NCBI GenBank assembly: GCA_009783465.1 | Contig: WRDM01000010.1 | Coordinates: 2,660-66,659, forward strand | Direction of reading: 5' to 3' | Length of the DNA: 64,000 nucleotides | DNA from: Phycisphaerae bacterium | Lineage (GTDB): Bacteria > Planctomycetota > Phycisphaerae > SM23-33 | Shown: piece by piece, positions 19,828-29,168 of the stretch | Layout of the letters: every line of letters starts with the position of its first letter | Numbering within the stretch: position 1 is the first letter of the stretch | Notes under the pieces: model-generated | Databases searched by the model: none | What the model was told of the DNA's origin: nothing | Seen by the model: the letters and a program-made list of their open reading frames with translations, nothing else | Position numbers and translations under genes: made by a program

Positions 19828-20143
19828 TGTGTTTTCCTTTCGTACCGTAGTTCACTTCGCACCACGGCGGTGCGACACGCTATTTTCTATAGAATCCGTT
19901 TGCCAGAGTCCCTGGAGTATCTCCACAACCTTGTTCAGCCGGTTGGCGCGGTCGCGGAGGACGGCGGCAACAGGGCGCACGCAGTCAGGCCAACAGCCCG
20001 TTTGTTCTTCATGGGTTTCCCCGATCGAATTGCACAAATACAACTAACAGAATGCGTACTTTCTGTACAATAGTCCATTCGTGGAGAAAACGAAAGCGAA
20101 AAAGCCAGCTTGCGAGAAAATTTTTCCGAGTTGTTTTGGTAAG

Positions 20144-20221
20144 TTTTTCGCCGCGAATCCCGCGGATATCACGAAATCGGTAAACCCATTCGCGACATCC
20201 GCGACATTCGCGGCGAAAAAT
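20144..20221. repeat. 9-mer (CGCGA-type) palindrome
   Basis: TTTTTCGCCGCGAAT / ATTCGCGGCGAAAAA arms with internal CGCGACAT repeats. Confidence 0.7.
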
Positions 20222-20291
20222 TCTACGGCAGGATTTATTGGAACCGCTCCAGATGCTTACCGTCGGGTGCGGTTTGTTGCCTGCGTATCGG

Positions 20292-21629
20292 TTACACTTC
20301 CCGCAGCCGCAGGCCGTATTCGCCGAGGCGTTGGACGATTTCGGTCAGGCTGGTTTGGCCGAAGTTTTTGCACGCGAGGAGTTCGGCCTCGGTGCGATGG
20401 GCCAGGTCGCCGAGGGTGGCGATTTTGAGGCTTTCCAGCGCCTTGCGGGCGCGGATGGAAAATTCCACCTGTGCCAGCGGAATGGACTTTACGCCTTCGT
20501 TGGACGGTTTGGCCGGCGCGGCGGGGAACGGGTCGGGCGTCGACGAGAACAACGACATGATCCCGGCCGCTTCCTCGGCCAATTGGCCCAGCCGCAATCC
20601 CTTGGCCGTGAGCATGTCCTTGATTTCTTTCAGCGACGTCTCGCCGAAATTCTTGTAGGCCAGCAGGTCGGCCTCGCTGGTGCGGACCAGGTCGCCCAGC
20701 GAGCGGACGTTCATTTTCTTGAGGCAGTTGCGTGCCCGCACCGACAGTTCGAAATCCGTCACCGGGATGTCGAGCACGGCGTTGCGTTTGGCGGTCCGCT
20801 TGGCCATGTCCTCATCGTAGTACATGGTGCGGGAGGCTTCGACGTCCTTGAGGAACAGCCTGGCCCGCGCGTGGCCGGGATTGGCGGCCAGGATGCGGCG
20901 GAGATAGCCCGAGGCGGCTTCGTATCGGGCGGAGTCTTCCATGAGAATGGCCAGGTTCATCAGCGCGCTGAGGTACACCGGCGGATGGGTGATGCAGGTT
21001 TTGTACAGTTCGATGGCCCGCTCTTCCTCACCGTGGAGGTCCAGGTAGTAGGCCAGGCGGAACGCGACTTCGCAGTTGTTGGGGTCGTTCGCCAGGGCGG
21101 CCTGGTAGGTGGCCATGGCCTGCTCGGTCTTGCCCGCGAGTTCGTCGACGAGTCCGCGAAGATACGCGTATCGTCCGCCCAGGGTGGCGGTGCTGAGTTG
21201 TTTGAGCGTCTTGGCCGCCCCGTCGGTGTCGCCGGCCAGGGCTTTGACTTCGACCAGTTGGGAATCGACGGCCACGCTGTCGAAGCCTTTGTCGCGGGCG
21301 CGTTCGAATTCCTCGGCGGCCCTGGCGAACTGTCGGAGTTGTTTGTAGCACAAGGCCTGGTAGAAGCGGCGGTCTTTGTTGTCGGTGGCGGCGGCGAGCG
21401 ATTCGGTCGCCTCGCGGAACCGGCAGAGCAGATAACGCAACATGCCGATTTTCAGGGCGGCGGCGCCTTTGGCGTCGGGATGACGCGACTCGGTTTCCTG
21501 TAGCAACACTCGCAGCCGACGAACGGCATCGCCGCCAGCGGCCTGCGACATCAGCGACTTGACATCCTCCGCCGACCACGATTCCTTGGCGGCCAATTCT
21601 TCAAACCCCAGCCCAACGGACTGTTCCAT
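20292..21629 (-). CDS. TPR protein with two RNA polymerase alpha-CTD-like domains
   Basis: TPR-like helices, then ELSVRARNCLKK...KNFGETSLKEI and EFSIRARKAL...KNFGQTSLTEI; SD AAGGAG. Confidence 0.9.
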   Translation of the reverse strand: MEQSVGLGFEELAAKESWSAEDVKSLMSQAAGGDAVRRLRVLLQETESRHPDAKGAAALKIGMLRYLLCRFREATESLAAATDNKDRRFYQALCYKQLRQFARAAEEFERARDKGFDSVAVDSQLVEVKALAGDTDGAAKTLKQLSTATLGGRYAYLRGLVDELAGKTEQAMATYQAALANDPNNCEVAFRLAYYLDLHGEEERAIELYKTCITHPPVYLSALMNLAILMEDSARYEAASGYLRRILAANPGHARARLFLKDVEASRTMYYDEDMAKRTAKRNAVLDIPVTDFELSVRARNCLKKMNVRSLGDLVRTSEADLLAYKNFGETSLKEIKDMLTAKGLRLGQLAEEAAGIMSLFSSTPDPFPAAPAKPSNEGVKSIPLAQVEFSIRARKALESLKIATLGDLAHRTEAELLACKNFGQTSLTEIVQRLGEYGLRLREV

Positions 21630-21758
21630 AGCGATAGACTCCTTGCGCCCCACCGGCTAGGCGAGACGAAAGCGACATTATACCCACCGGACGGCGTACT
21701 GCAACTCTTTCGATCATCACTGGCGTTGTATCGGTTCTGTGGGTAGTCTTTACGGATC

Positions 21759-22469
21759 ATGAAACACCTTCTAACGGCATTGGCGGCGTTGGTATGTGCG
21801 GTGGTGTTGGCGTCGTGGGCGATGGCGGCGGAGGCGGCCCAATCGCAGCCGGTTGATGTGGAAACGTCGCCAGTCCAGACTCAGCCGGCGGAGGAGGACG
21901 CGGCGGAGGAGGACGATCCCTTGCCGCCGGCGTATGCGTTTTTCGCGCGGGAGTTGGAGATGTCCGCCAGGCAGGTGGGGCAATTGCGGCTGGCGATTCG
22001 TCAGTCGGTGGAGGCGCTTACCGCGTGGGAGAAGGAAAACGTCGACACGGTCAAGGGCATGCAGCACGAGTTGGTGGAGGCCCATCGGGCCGGCGACCGG
22101 GAGACCGCCGCGGCGCTTCAGAAGCGGCTGGCTGTGTTGCAGAAGGAACGCCGCGACATTCTCACCGCCCACGAACGGACGTTCCAGGCCATTTTGTCGC
22201 CCAAACAAAAACAGCAATACGCCGTGCTCCAGGTGACGGCGGACGCGTTGGAATCGTATCGCGAGCTGAAACTCAACGACCGCCAGATCGACGTGATCAA
22301 AACGCTCGCGGGCAAGGCGCACGAGCAGATCGAAAAAGCCGGCGACGACAAAGCCGCCATCGAGGCTGCCCACGAGCAACTTCACAAGGAAATCGAAACC
22401 CGCGTGCTGACGCCGGAACAATTGCAGGCGCTTAAAGCCAAGCCCGCCACGCAGCCGGTGAAAAAATAA
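21759..22469 (+). CDS. Exported helical protein (Spy/CpxP-like repeats)
   Basis: Signal peptide; ILSPKQKQQ and VLTPEQLQ LTxxQ-like motifs. Confidence 0.7.
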   Translation: MKHLLTALAALVCAVVLASWAMAAEAAQSQPVDVETSPVQTQPAEEDAAEEDDPLPPAYAFFARELEMSARQVGQLRLAIRQSVEALTAWEKENVDTVKGMQHELVEAHRAGDRETAAALQKRLAVLQKERRDILTAHERTFQAILSPKQKQQYAVLQVTADALESYRELKLNDRQIDVIKTLAGKAHEQIEKAGDDKAAIEAAHEQLHKEIETRVLTPEQLQALKAKPATQPVKK

Positions 22470-22500
22470 CGCTGGCCCGGCCGAAAATTTGCTGTGTCGC

Positions 22501-22529
22501 TTGATTTTTGCAGGGTTGCAACCGATAAT
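22501..22529 (+). promoter_or_regulatory. Sigma70-type promoter convergent on the LPD3-like gene
   Basis: TTGATT-N17-GATAAT. Confidence 0.6.
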
Positions 22530-22535
22530 TTCTAT

Positions 22536-22632
22536 GTGGCCTGGAGACGGGTCACTAGGGTCGTCAGATGACCGGCTCGGCCTGGAACACGTTTCCTTGC
22601 GCGGCCATTAGCTCTGACGGCCCTGTTTGTTG
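22536..22632 (+). ncRNA. Putative structured small RNA overlapping the 3' end of the LPD3-like gene
   Basis: Starts just after the promoter; 5' hairpin GTGGCC/GGTCAC; 12-bp stem AGGGTCGTCAGA/TCTGACGGCCCT followed by GTTTGTT. Confidence 0.4.
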
Positions 22633-23091
22633 ACATGCAGGCTGTGGTGATAGTAGAGCCTCATGTCACCGACCCTGCCAATTTTGCGATTGCTTCTGTT
22701 CTCTACTTTGACGATCAACTCTGCAATGTACAACGTTTCGCGTATCTGCACGGTAATCTCGTATCGTTCGACGGCTACAAGATTTTGTTCCGGGCGCCTC
22801 CCTTCCTTCGGGGGGGGTTGGCGGTTCCGAATGGATGAATTGGGATCGTTCGATCATGTCGGGAAGAACGGCCAGCAGACGCACGGCATCGGGGTTGTAC
22901 GACGTGGCGATGGTGTGGTCGATTCCGTTTCCGGTAATTTCAATCGACCGCCCCGTGTCTTTATTGACAAACGTTTTCCCTTGAAACTGGTTTCTTGCCC
23001 ATTTTTTCGCGGCCTTGTACAACTGTTTCGGCGGAATGCCTTTGTCGAACGGAATCTCGTTCACGCGTATAACGTCTTTGTTGCTCGTCAT
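22608..23091 (-). pseudogene. LPD3-like (BECR-type) nuclease gene, frameshifted in a C8 tract at 22810-22817
   Basis: FQGKTFVNKDTGRSIEITGNGIDH; removing one C gives NLVAVERYEITVQIRETLYIAELIVKVE...RLYYHHSLHVNKQGRQS*. Confidence 0.65.
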
Positions 23092-23216
23092 CGGTATTCT
23101 CCATACCTGCCAAATCAGCCACGCGTGTATTGTGGCACCGAGTTGTCAAGAACAACTACAGGAAAATTCGGAGCGGCGCACCCGCATCAACCGGCGTCCG
23201 GTATTGGAAAACATGA

Positions 23217-23256
23217 AAACGACGGGATGATTTTCTTTCGGATCATCCCGTCGTTT
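23217..23256 (-). terminator. Probable intrinsic terminator after the PIN/TRAM gene
   Basis: AAACGACGGGATGAT / ATCATCCCGTCGTTT stem with T-rich tail on the minus strand. Confidence 0.6.
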
Positions 23257-23286
23257 CCCGTTTTCCCGTTCATCCGTGCCGTTGTT

Positions 23287-24432
23287 TTACATCCGTCGCC
23301 GTGGCGGGGGGGCGCTGTCGGTGCGGCCGAAGATCATGCGGCCTGCCGAGGTTTGCAGCACGCTCGTGACGGTGATGTTCACATCTTTGCCGATGTGGTC
23401 GCGGCCTCCCTCGGCGACGATCATGGTGCCGTCTTCGAGGTAGCCCACGCCCTGGCCGAACTCCTCGCCGGGCTTGATGATTTTCACGGTCATGCTCTCG
23501 CCCGGCAGCATGATGGGCTTGAGGGCGTTGGACAGATCGTTGATGTTGATGACGTCCACGCCGCGAAGCTGGGCGATTTTGTTGAGGTTGTAATCGTTGG
23601 TGACGACGCGCCCGTCGAGATGCTTGGCCAGGGCGACCAGCTTGTTGTCGACGTCGCCGACTTCATCGACGGCGGTGACGTGGGCGTCGAGAATCTGCAC
23701 GCCGATTTTGTCGATGGACTGGAGGCGGTTGAGGATGTCCAGCCCGCGTCGGCCTCGATTGCGTTTGAGCTTGTCGTCGCTGTCGGCGATGGCTTGTAAT
23801 TCGGTGAGGACGAACCGTGGGACGATGAGTTCGCTGTCGAGGATTTTCGTTTCGGCGATATCGGCGATTCGCCCGTCGATGATGACGGAAGTGTCCAGCA
23901 GCAGCGGGCGGGCGCCCTTGGTCTGCTTGCTGAATTCGACGTAGGGAATCACGAAGCGGAAGTCGTCCTTGGTCTGCAACACGAACGACACGCAGAAGTA
24001 GACCGCCGACGCGGCCAGGAACGCTTTGATGAGTCCGACGACGGGCATGGCCAACGCGGCCGACGCGACGGTGCTGGCACCGGCGGGTTCCACCCACGCG
24101 CTGGCGAGCAGATCGACGATGTTCGACAGCACGTACGCGACGATCAGGCCCGCGAGAATGCCGAAAAACAGACCGCTGATGATTTGCAGCCGTTTGTTCT
24201 TCCAGAACATGTCCAGCACCACCAGGCCGATGGCGCCAAGCAGCGGCAGCAGGATCATCAGCGTGACGTAGGTGGCCGACGTCGAGCCGACGGCGGCACT
24301 GCTCCCGGCAGGCTTGGCGGCGGATGCAACGGGCCCCGCTTCCGTCAAAGGAACGCTGGGCGTGGTGGCGTAGGCGTAAGCAAAACCAAGAACTACCAGC
24401 ACGTAAAACAGCCGCACGATGTACAGAAACAT
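23287..24432 (-). CDS. Membrane PIN/TRAM domain protein (YacL-like)
   Basis: [48 protein letters not shown]. Confidence 0.93.
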   Translation of the reverse strand: MFLYIVRLFYVLVVLGFAYAYATTPSVPLTEAGPVASAAKPAGSSAAVGSTSATYVTLMILLPLLGAIGLVVLDMFWKNKRLQIISGLFFGILAGLIVAYVLSNIVDLLASAWVEPAGASTVASAALAMPVVGLIKAFLAASAVYFCVSFVLQTKDDFRFVIPYVEFSKQTKGARPLLLDTSVIIDGRIADIAETKILDSELIVPRFVLTELQAIADSDDKLKRNRGRRGLDILNRLQSIDKIGVQILDAHVTAVDEVGDVDNKLVALAKHLDGRVVTNDYNLNKIAQLRGVDVININDLSNALKPIMLPGESMTVKIIKPGEEFGQGVGYLEDGTMIVAEGGRDHIGKDVNITVTSVLQTSAGRMIFGRTDSAPPPRRRM

Positions 24433-24554
24433 GCTGACCTCAATGGATGAAAAATCGTATGAATCCGCCGGGAGTATAGCGTGCCAAAAGCAAAAAGGAA
24501 GCGCCTATTTGTGCGAAATTGACTATTTTTGCAAAAATTCCCAGTTTCGCGACT

Positions 24555-25277
24555 TTACGGAACCGGATAAAAGTACCGGACCCACTCCGCATACGTGTCC
24601 TGAGCTGACAGGCAGGTGTCCAGCAGATAGCCGCGAACGGTGGCGAATTCCTTCAGCCCGCGGTAGTAGAACTGCTTGCGGTCGTCGTCGATGATGAACG
24701 GCGTCATGCCGTGTTTCAAACACTCGCGGAACAGAATCAGCCGGCCCACCCGCCCGTTGCCGTCCTGGAACGGGTGAATTGTCTCGAAGCGGTAGTGATA
24801 GTCGACGACCTCCTCGAACGAAACCTCCGGCAGCGAGTGGTACCAATGGTTCAGTTCGTCGATGGCGGCGGCCACGTGTTGCGGCAGGGTGGTGGGCATG
24901 CCGCCGACTTCGTTAGGCAGTGTTTTCCAGCTGCCGATGGCGAACCAGCCCTTCGTCGCGTCGGACGTGCCGGTCTTCAGAATACGGTGAAATTCCTTGA
25001 TGATGTCGCTGGACAAAGGCAAAACAATCGTGTCGAGCAGGGTATCGAACGCGACAAAGTGATTGGCTGTTTCGATGATGTCGTCGACCGGCACAGCCTC
25101 CTGATCCTTGAACCCGATCGTGCGTGTTTCGAAAATGTAGCGGGTTTGCTCCTCGGTGAGCTTGCTGCCCTCGATGCGGTTGGAGTTGTAGGCGAGATTC
25201 ACCTGCGTTTTATGGTACAGGCCTCCCGTGCGCCTCGCCTGCTTCTCGTCCCGGAGATGGGCCAGTACGGTGTTCAT
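24555..25277 (-). CDS. Fic-family protein
   Basis: HPFQDGNGRVGR active-site motif; SNRIEG inhibitory motif. Confidence 0.92.
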   Translation of the reverse strand: MNTVLAHLRDEKQARRTGGLYHKTQVNLAYNSNRIEGSKLTEEQTRYIFETRTIGFKDQEAVPVDDIIETANHFVAFDTLLDTIVLPLSSDIIKEFHRILKTGTSDATKGWFAIGSWKTLPNEVGGMPTTLPQHVAAAIDELNHWYHSLPEVSFEEVVDYHYRFETIHPFQDGNGRVGRLILFRECLKHGMTPFIIDDDRKQFYYRGLKEFATVRGYLLDTCLSAQDTYAEWVRYFYPVP

Positions 25278-25310
25278 AGGTGTGCAGCATTATATGGGGC
25301 GTCTCTATCG

Positions 25311-25352
25311 TTTACCACAGAGACACAGCCCGCGCTGTGTCCCTGGGGTAAT
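25311..25352. repeat. Minimal family H (ACCACAGAGACACAG) hairpin
   Basis: TTACCACAGAGACACAGC-CCGC-GCTGTGTCCCTGGGGTAA. Confidence 0.75.
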
Positions 25353-25381
25353 CAACAGAGGCGCCCATGCGATTCGGCGTT

Positions 25382-25603
25382 TTACAACGACTTTTTCGAC
25401 TCGGTTTTCTCGGGGTCGATGACGATTTTGTCTTCGAGAATTTCCTGGATCGCCACTTCCATGTCGGTCATGCCGCGGCGGCGCTCGACGAGCGGGCGGC
25501 TGCCCTGCATCAGTTCGATCATGCGTTTCTGAATCAGCACGGTCAGCTTGAACCGCCCGCCGCACTTGTTGATGATCTCTTCGCTACGCAATGCTTCAAT
25601 CAT
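25382..25603 (-). CDS. rpoZ: RNA polymerase omega subunit
   Basis: GGRFKLTVLIQKR, VAIQEILEDKI; downstream of gmk. Confidence 0.9.
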   Translation of the reverse strand: MIEALRSEEIINKCGGRFKLTVLIQKRMIELMQGSRPLVERRRGMTDMEVAIQEILEDKIVIDPEKTESKKSL

Positions 25604-25618
25604 TCGAAACTCCTTACA

Positions 25619-25668
25619 TCGTTAACAGATTAACGGGTTGACTAGTTAACTAGTTAACTAGTTAACCA
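25619..25668. repeat. Family G octamer repeats (GTTAACTA) that supply the gmk stop
   Basis: GTTGACTAGTTAACTAGTTAACTAGTTAACC. Confidence 0.75.
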
Positions 25669-26225
25669 ATAACGAGCCGACACACTTCCTCGACGGCCCG
25701 TTCCAGGTCGTCGTTTACCACTTCGATTTTGTACACGCCGCTGTCGCGCGCGATGGCCAATTCCCGTGTGGCCTTGCCCAGGCGGCGGGCGAGCTGGTCG
25801 GCGGTTTCGGTGCCTCGGCCGACGAGGCGGCGTTCCAGCTCCGCTTCGCTCGGCGGCACGATGAGGATGAACGTCGCGTCGGGCATCTTTGCCGCCACCT
25901 GGAGGCCGCCCTGCACGTCGATTTCCAGGATCATCGTCCGCCCGGCTTCGAGCGCCTGCCGCACGGGGGCCGCCGGCGTGCCGTAGCATTGGCCGAACAC
26001 GTCGGCGTATTCGAGAAATCCATCCGCCGCCACCAGCGCGTCGAACGCGGGCCGGTCGATAAAACGGTACGCTTGCCCGTCCACCTCGCCGGGCCGCGGC
26101 GGCCTCGTCGTCGCCGACACGCTCAACGCCACGCCCGTCCGCGCCACGGCCTGACGGGTGATGGTACTTTTACCAACGCCCGCCGGGCCGGATATCACTA
26201 CCAGTTTGCCTTGACGTTTTTCCAT
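25662..26225 (-). CDS. gmk: Guanylate kinase
   Basis: SGPAGVGKST, SATTRPPRPGE, YGTP, EIDVQG. Confidence 0.95.
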   Translation of the reverse strand: MEKRQGKLVVISGPAGVGKSTITRQAVARTGVALSVSATTRPPRPGEVDGQAYRFIDRPAFDALVAADGFLEYADVFGQCYGTPAAPVRQALEAGRTMILEIDVQGGLQVAAKMPDATFILIVPPSEAELERRLVGRGTETADQLARRLGKATRELAIARDSGVYKIEVVNDDLERAVEEVCRLVIG

Positions 26226-26230
26226 GCGTC

Positions 26231-26443
26231 TTTTTTACCACAGAGGCACAGAGATCACAGAGGGTTTTGGCCGTACGGCACATACCGGCTGGCTTACGGC
26301 GACCCGCACGGCTTCGCTGATCCTCAGATCACTCGTACATTACGGCCTTCCCTTCATTTCACAACCACAGAAACCGCACCTTCAGGCTGGACGTTCCAAT
26401 TACTCTCGCCTCCGTATTCTCTGTGTCTCTGTGGTAAAAAAAA
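26231..26443. repeat. Family H element
   Basis: TTTTTTACCACAGAGGCACAGAGA ... TCTCTGTGTCTCTGTGGTAAAAAA. Confidence 0.85.
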
Positions 26444-26452
26444 TCTCACCGC

Positions 26453-27334
26453 TCACTCGGCGTTGGCCGCCTGCTCCTTGATCCGGTCGATGGCGGTCTT
26501 GATTTCCACCACCGCGCGGGCGATGTCGGCGTCGTTGGATTTCGAGCCGATCGTGTTGGCTTCGCGAAGCATTTCCTGCGCGATGAAATCCAGTTTCCGC
26601 CCAGCCGGCTCGGGGCTGTCGATGGCCTCGCGAAACTGGGCGGTGTGCGCGCCAAGCCGGGAAATCTCCTCGGCCACGTCGCACCGTTCGGCAAAGACGG
26701 CCACCTCGCGGGTCAACTGTTCCGTGTCCAGCGGCAGCGAGCCGGCGTTCATCAGTTCGGCTACGCGGGCCGCCAGCCGGGCGTGGTAATCCCGCACGAC
26801 GTGCGGCGCCCGTTTGGCGACGATGGCCAACTGCTCCTCGACCACCGACACATTGGCCAACAGGTCCGCCCGCAGCACGCCGCCCTCGCGCTGCCGCATG
26901 GCCAGCAGGGCGTCGACGGCCTGCTCGACGAGCTTCATCAACGCGTCGTGCGTGGCTTCGAGCATCTCCTCCAGCGGCGGCGGCTCGCACACGCCGGGCA
27001 ACTGCATGATGCCCGCCAGGTCGATCCGCAACGGCGAACCGTAGCCCTTCGCCAGGCCCTGGAGCTGCTCGACGTACCCCTCCAACGCCTTGACGTTGAC
27101 CCGGTAGGCCTTCTTGTCCTCGGGAATCCGCATGCGGACGCTGGCGGTGACGCTGCCTCGCGTCACCTGGCGCCGGAGCACCTGCTCGATTTCCACGTCG
27201 GCCTTGGACCAGAACTCCGGCAGCTTCATGCTGGCTTTGAAGTAGCGGTTGTTGACGGAACGGAGCTCGACGACATACTCAATGCCGTTAACCTGCCCGC
27301 CGGCAGACCCGAATCCCGTCATCGATCGAAGCAT
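26453..27334 (-). CDS. yicC: YicC/YloC-family endoribonuclease
   Basis: MLRSMTGFG, SVNNRY, GRKLDFIAQEMLREANTIGSK. Confidence 0.95.
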   Translation of the reverse strand: MLRSMTGFGSAGGQVNGIEYVVELRSVNNRYFKASMKLPEFWSKADVEIEQVLRRQVTRGSVTASVRMRIPEDKKAYRVNVKALEGYVEQLQGLAKGYGSPLRIDLAGIMQLPGVCEPPPLEEMLEATHDALMKLVEQAVDALLAMRQREGGVLRADLLANVSVVEEQLAIVAKRAPHVVRDYHARLAARVAELMNAGSLPLDTEQLTREVAVFAERCDVAEEISRLGAHTAQFREAIDSPEPAGRKLDFIAQEMLREANTIGSKSNDADIARAVVEIKTAIDRIKEQAANAE

Positions 27335-27397
27335 GCAGACTCCTGTGTTTTCACTTTTTTTGCTGGGATTCGGGGATTCGAGGAGGCGTAAATCAAT

Positions 27398-27631
27398 TTA
27401 CGCTGATTTCGCTTTCTTCTGTCGTATCCGTATAAATTCGTCAATGTCCTGCACAAGGTACTTCGCACCAAACGAATGCAACATGTCATAGCATGAACCG
27501 AGATATCCCAGCACGCCGTACTGTTTGAACAACCGCATGGCGTCGGCACCTTTCATACGATGTTTATTCTTGTAATTTTCTAAACAAAACACCTTGAAAC
27601 GCAATATCTTCGAAGTCTGCCGTTTCGTCAT
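27398..27631 (-). CDS. DUF3791-family small protein
   Basis: FCLENYK...LFKQYGVLGYL...YDMLHSFG; third gene of the DUF3990 cluster. Confidence 0.75.
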   Translation of the reverse strand: MTKRQTSKILRFKVFCLENYKNKHRMKGADAMRLFKQYGVLGYLGSCYDMLHSFGAKYLVQDIDEFIRIRQKKAKSA

Positions 27632-27643
27632 TGTCAGCTTTCC

Positions 27644-27883
27644 TCACTGCGTGGGAAATTCCAGTTTTCCCGTCGCGATCTCGGTCTTGTACAAATCGTA
27701 CAACATGGGAACGCTGTAATACCAGACTTTCGTTTTTTCGTCTTCCAAGGCCGCGTATAGCGCGGAGGCGTACAGTCTGTCCATGGCGTCATTCACGCGG
27801 AGACCTTCCTCGGCGACAATTTTATCGGCAAGCCCGGCCACGATCACCGGAAGAACCGCTCCAAATTTTTTCTTTGTCATCAC
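27644..27883 (-). CDS. DUF3791-like small protein
   Basis: AMDRLYASALY..LEDEKTKVWYYS; overlaps the stop of the DUF3990 gene. Confidence 0.7.
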   Translation of the reverse strand: MMTKKKFGAVLPVIVAGLADKIVAEEGLRVNDAMDRLYASALYAALEDEKTKVWYYSVPMLYDLYKTEIATGKLEFPTQ

Positions 27884-28374
27884 GTTGTGCCCCCTACCGT
27901 TTCATACCCGATGTAACGGCAGAACCGTAACGACTTTTCTGTATGGAACAGAAGCTGATTGTACAATTTCCTATGCTTCAGCCGTTCGATGGCTTCTTCC
28001 TTGCGAAGAACACGGGTTTCGTACAATTGTACGGTCGTAAAAACGTCATCATCCGCAACAGGTCCCGAAACCATGTCGTACGGCTCGCCCGGCTTACGTC
28101 CGATCCGGTGGGCACAGACAAATTCCAGCCATGCTTCATCCGGTTTGTTGAAGCGGATGATCGTCAACTCTCTTTCTGCCGCGGAGCGGTCAAACTCATA
28201 TGTGGACACCACTCGTTCGGTGGTTTTATGGCGTTTGGCCACCACGATTGTCCACTGGACAGCCTGCTCACGATTCGCGGTGGTATAAAATCCCGCGCCA
28301 AAATCCAGCATACGTTCACTTTGCCGGATTTCCGGTGTTTTCACCGCGTCGATGCTGCCGTGATACAGGATCAT
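27880..28374 (-). CDS. DUF3990-family protein (ADP-ribosyltransferase-like)
   Basis: MILYHGS, DFGAGFYTT, WLEFV, YDMVSGPVADD, NQLLF. Confidence 0.85.
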   Translation of the reverse strand: MILYHGSIDAVKTPEIRQSERMLDFGAGFYTTANREQAVQWTIVVAKRHKTTERVVSTYEFDRSAAERELTIIRFNKPDEAWLEFVCAHRIGRKPGEPYDMVSGPVADDDVFTTVQLYETRVLRKEEAIERLKHRKLYNQLLFHTEKSLRFCRYIGYETVGGTT

Positions 28375-28378
28375 TGGC

Positions 28379-29026
28379 TCATGGGGTCTCCGTCGACTCG
28401 GCCCCGTTCTCCACGGGCGGTGTCTCCGGTTCCGTTGTCGGTTCCGTCGTCACCGGGGCGGGCTGCTGCTGGGCGGCTTCCAGTTCTGTCTGGGTCAGAT
28501 AGGTGACGCTGGCGACGGGGCTGTCTTTTCGGCCTGGGGCGGTGGCCATGGCCTTGACGGTCGTGCCCGGCTCCACCATCACGGGGTCGGTGCCGTAGGA
28601 GCGAGTCCCTTCCTTGTTGGGGACGGGGTCGTTTCCGTTGGTGGTGTAGAACAGCGTGTGTCCGGCGTGTCGGCTGCCTTCGCCGGGCAGCGCGATCTGC
28701 ACGAAGATTTTTCGGCCCTGGACGGTGGCTTCGATGGCGGCGGGGTCATGGGCCGCGGGCGCGATGTGGGGCGCCGGCAGCGGCGCCGGCTCGCGGCGGA
28801 CGCTCATGGCCGTGCCGATGGCCAGCAGCAGGAACAGGCCCGTCAGGACGATCGTGATCCAGGTGAAGACGTCGCCCGTGCGCGTGCCGAAGGCGGACTG
28901 CCCGCCGCCGCCAAAGGCCGCTCCCAAGCCGCCGCCACGCCCCTTCTGGAGCAGGATGACGATAATCAACAACACGCAGACAACCACAAACAACGTCCCT
29001 AGCAGGGCACTGCTCCACGTCACCAT
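28379..29026 (-). CDS. secG: SecG with C-terminal Fn3-associated/CHB_HEX_C-like domain
   Basis: [24 protein letters not shown]; then FYTTNGNDP...[18 protein letters not shown]. Confidence 0.9.
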   Translation of the reverse strand: MVTWSSALLGTLFVVVCVLLIIVILLQKGRGGGLGAAFGGGGQSAFGTRTGDVFTWITIVLTGLFLLLAIGTAMSVRREPAPLPAPHIAPAAHDPAAIEATVQGRKIFVQIALPGEGSRHAGHTLFYTTNGNDPVPNKEGTRSYGTDPVMVEPGTTVKAMATAPGRKDSPVASVTYLTQTELEAAQQQPAPVTTEPTTEPETPPVENGAESTETP

Positions 29027-29039
29027 AATCGCATTCCTT

Positions 29040-29168
29040 CGTTAACTCGTTAACTCGTTGATTCGTTAACTCGTCGACTCGTTCATTCGCCACATCGTTA
29101 TCTCGTCGAACAGCCGCAACTGTCGTAACGAGTTAACGAATTAACGAATCAACGAGGTAACGAGTTAC
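29040..29168. repeat. Family G octamer palindrome at the tpiA stop
   Basis: CGTTAACTCGTTAACTCGTTGATTCGTTAA ... TTAACGAATTAACGAATCAACGAGGTAACGAG. Confidence 0.85.

Noticed and set aside
19852-20043. 63-aa ORF upstream of the PNPOx-family gene
   Set aside because: No motif or convincing start; may be a gene remnant
22663-23799. 378-aa plus-strand ORF as the target of the 22501 promoter
   Set aside because: Antisense to the LPD3-like and PIN/TRAM genes, no motifs, and lies beyond the terminator-like stem
24470-24492. Sigma54 promoter upstream of the PIN/TRAM gene
   Set aside because: TGGCAC is present but there is no GC at -12
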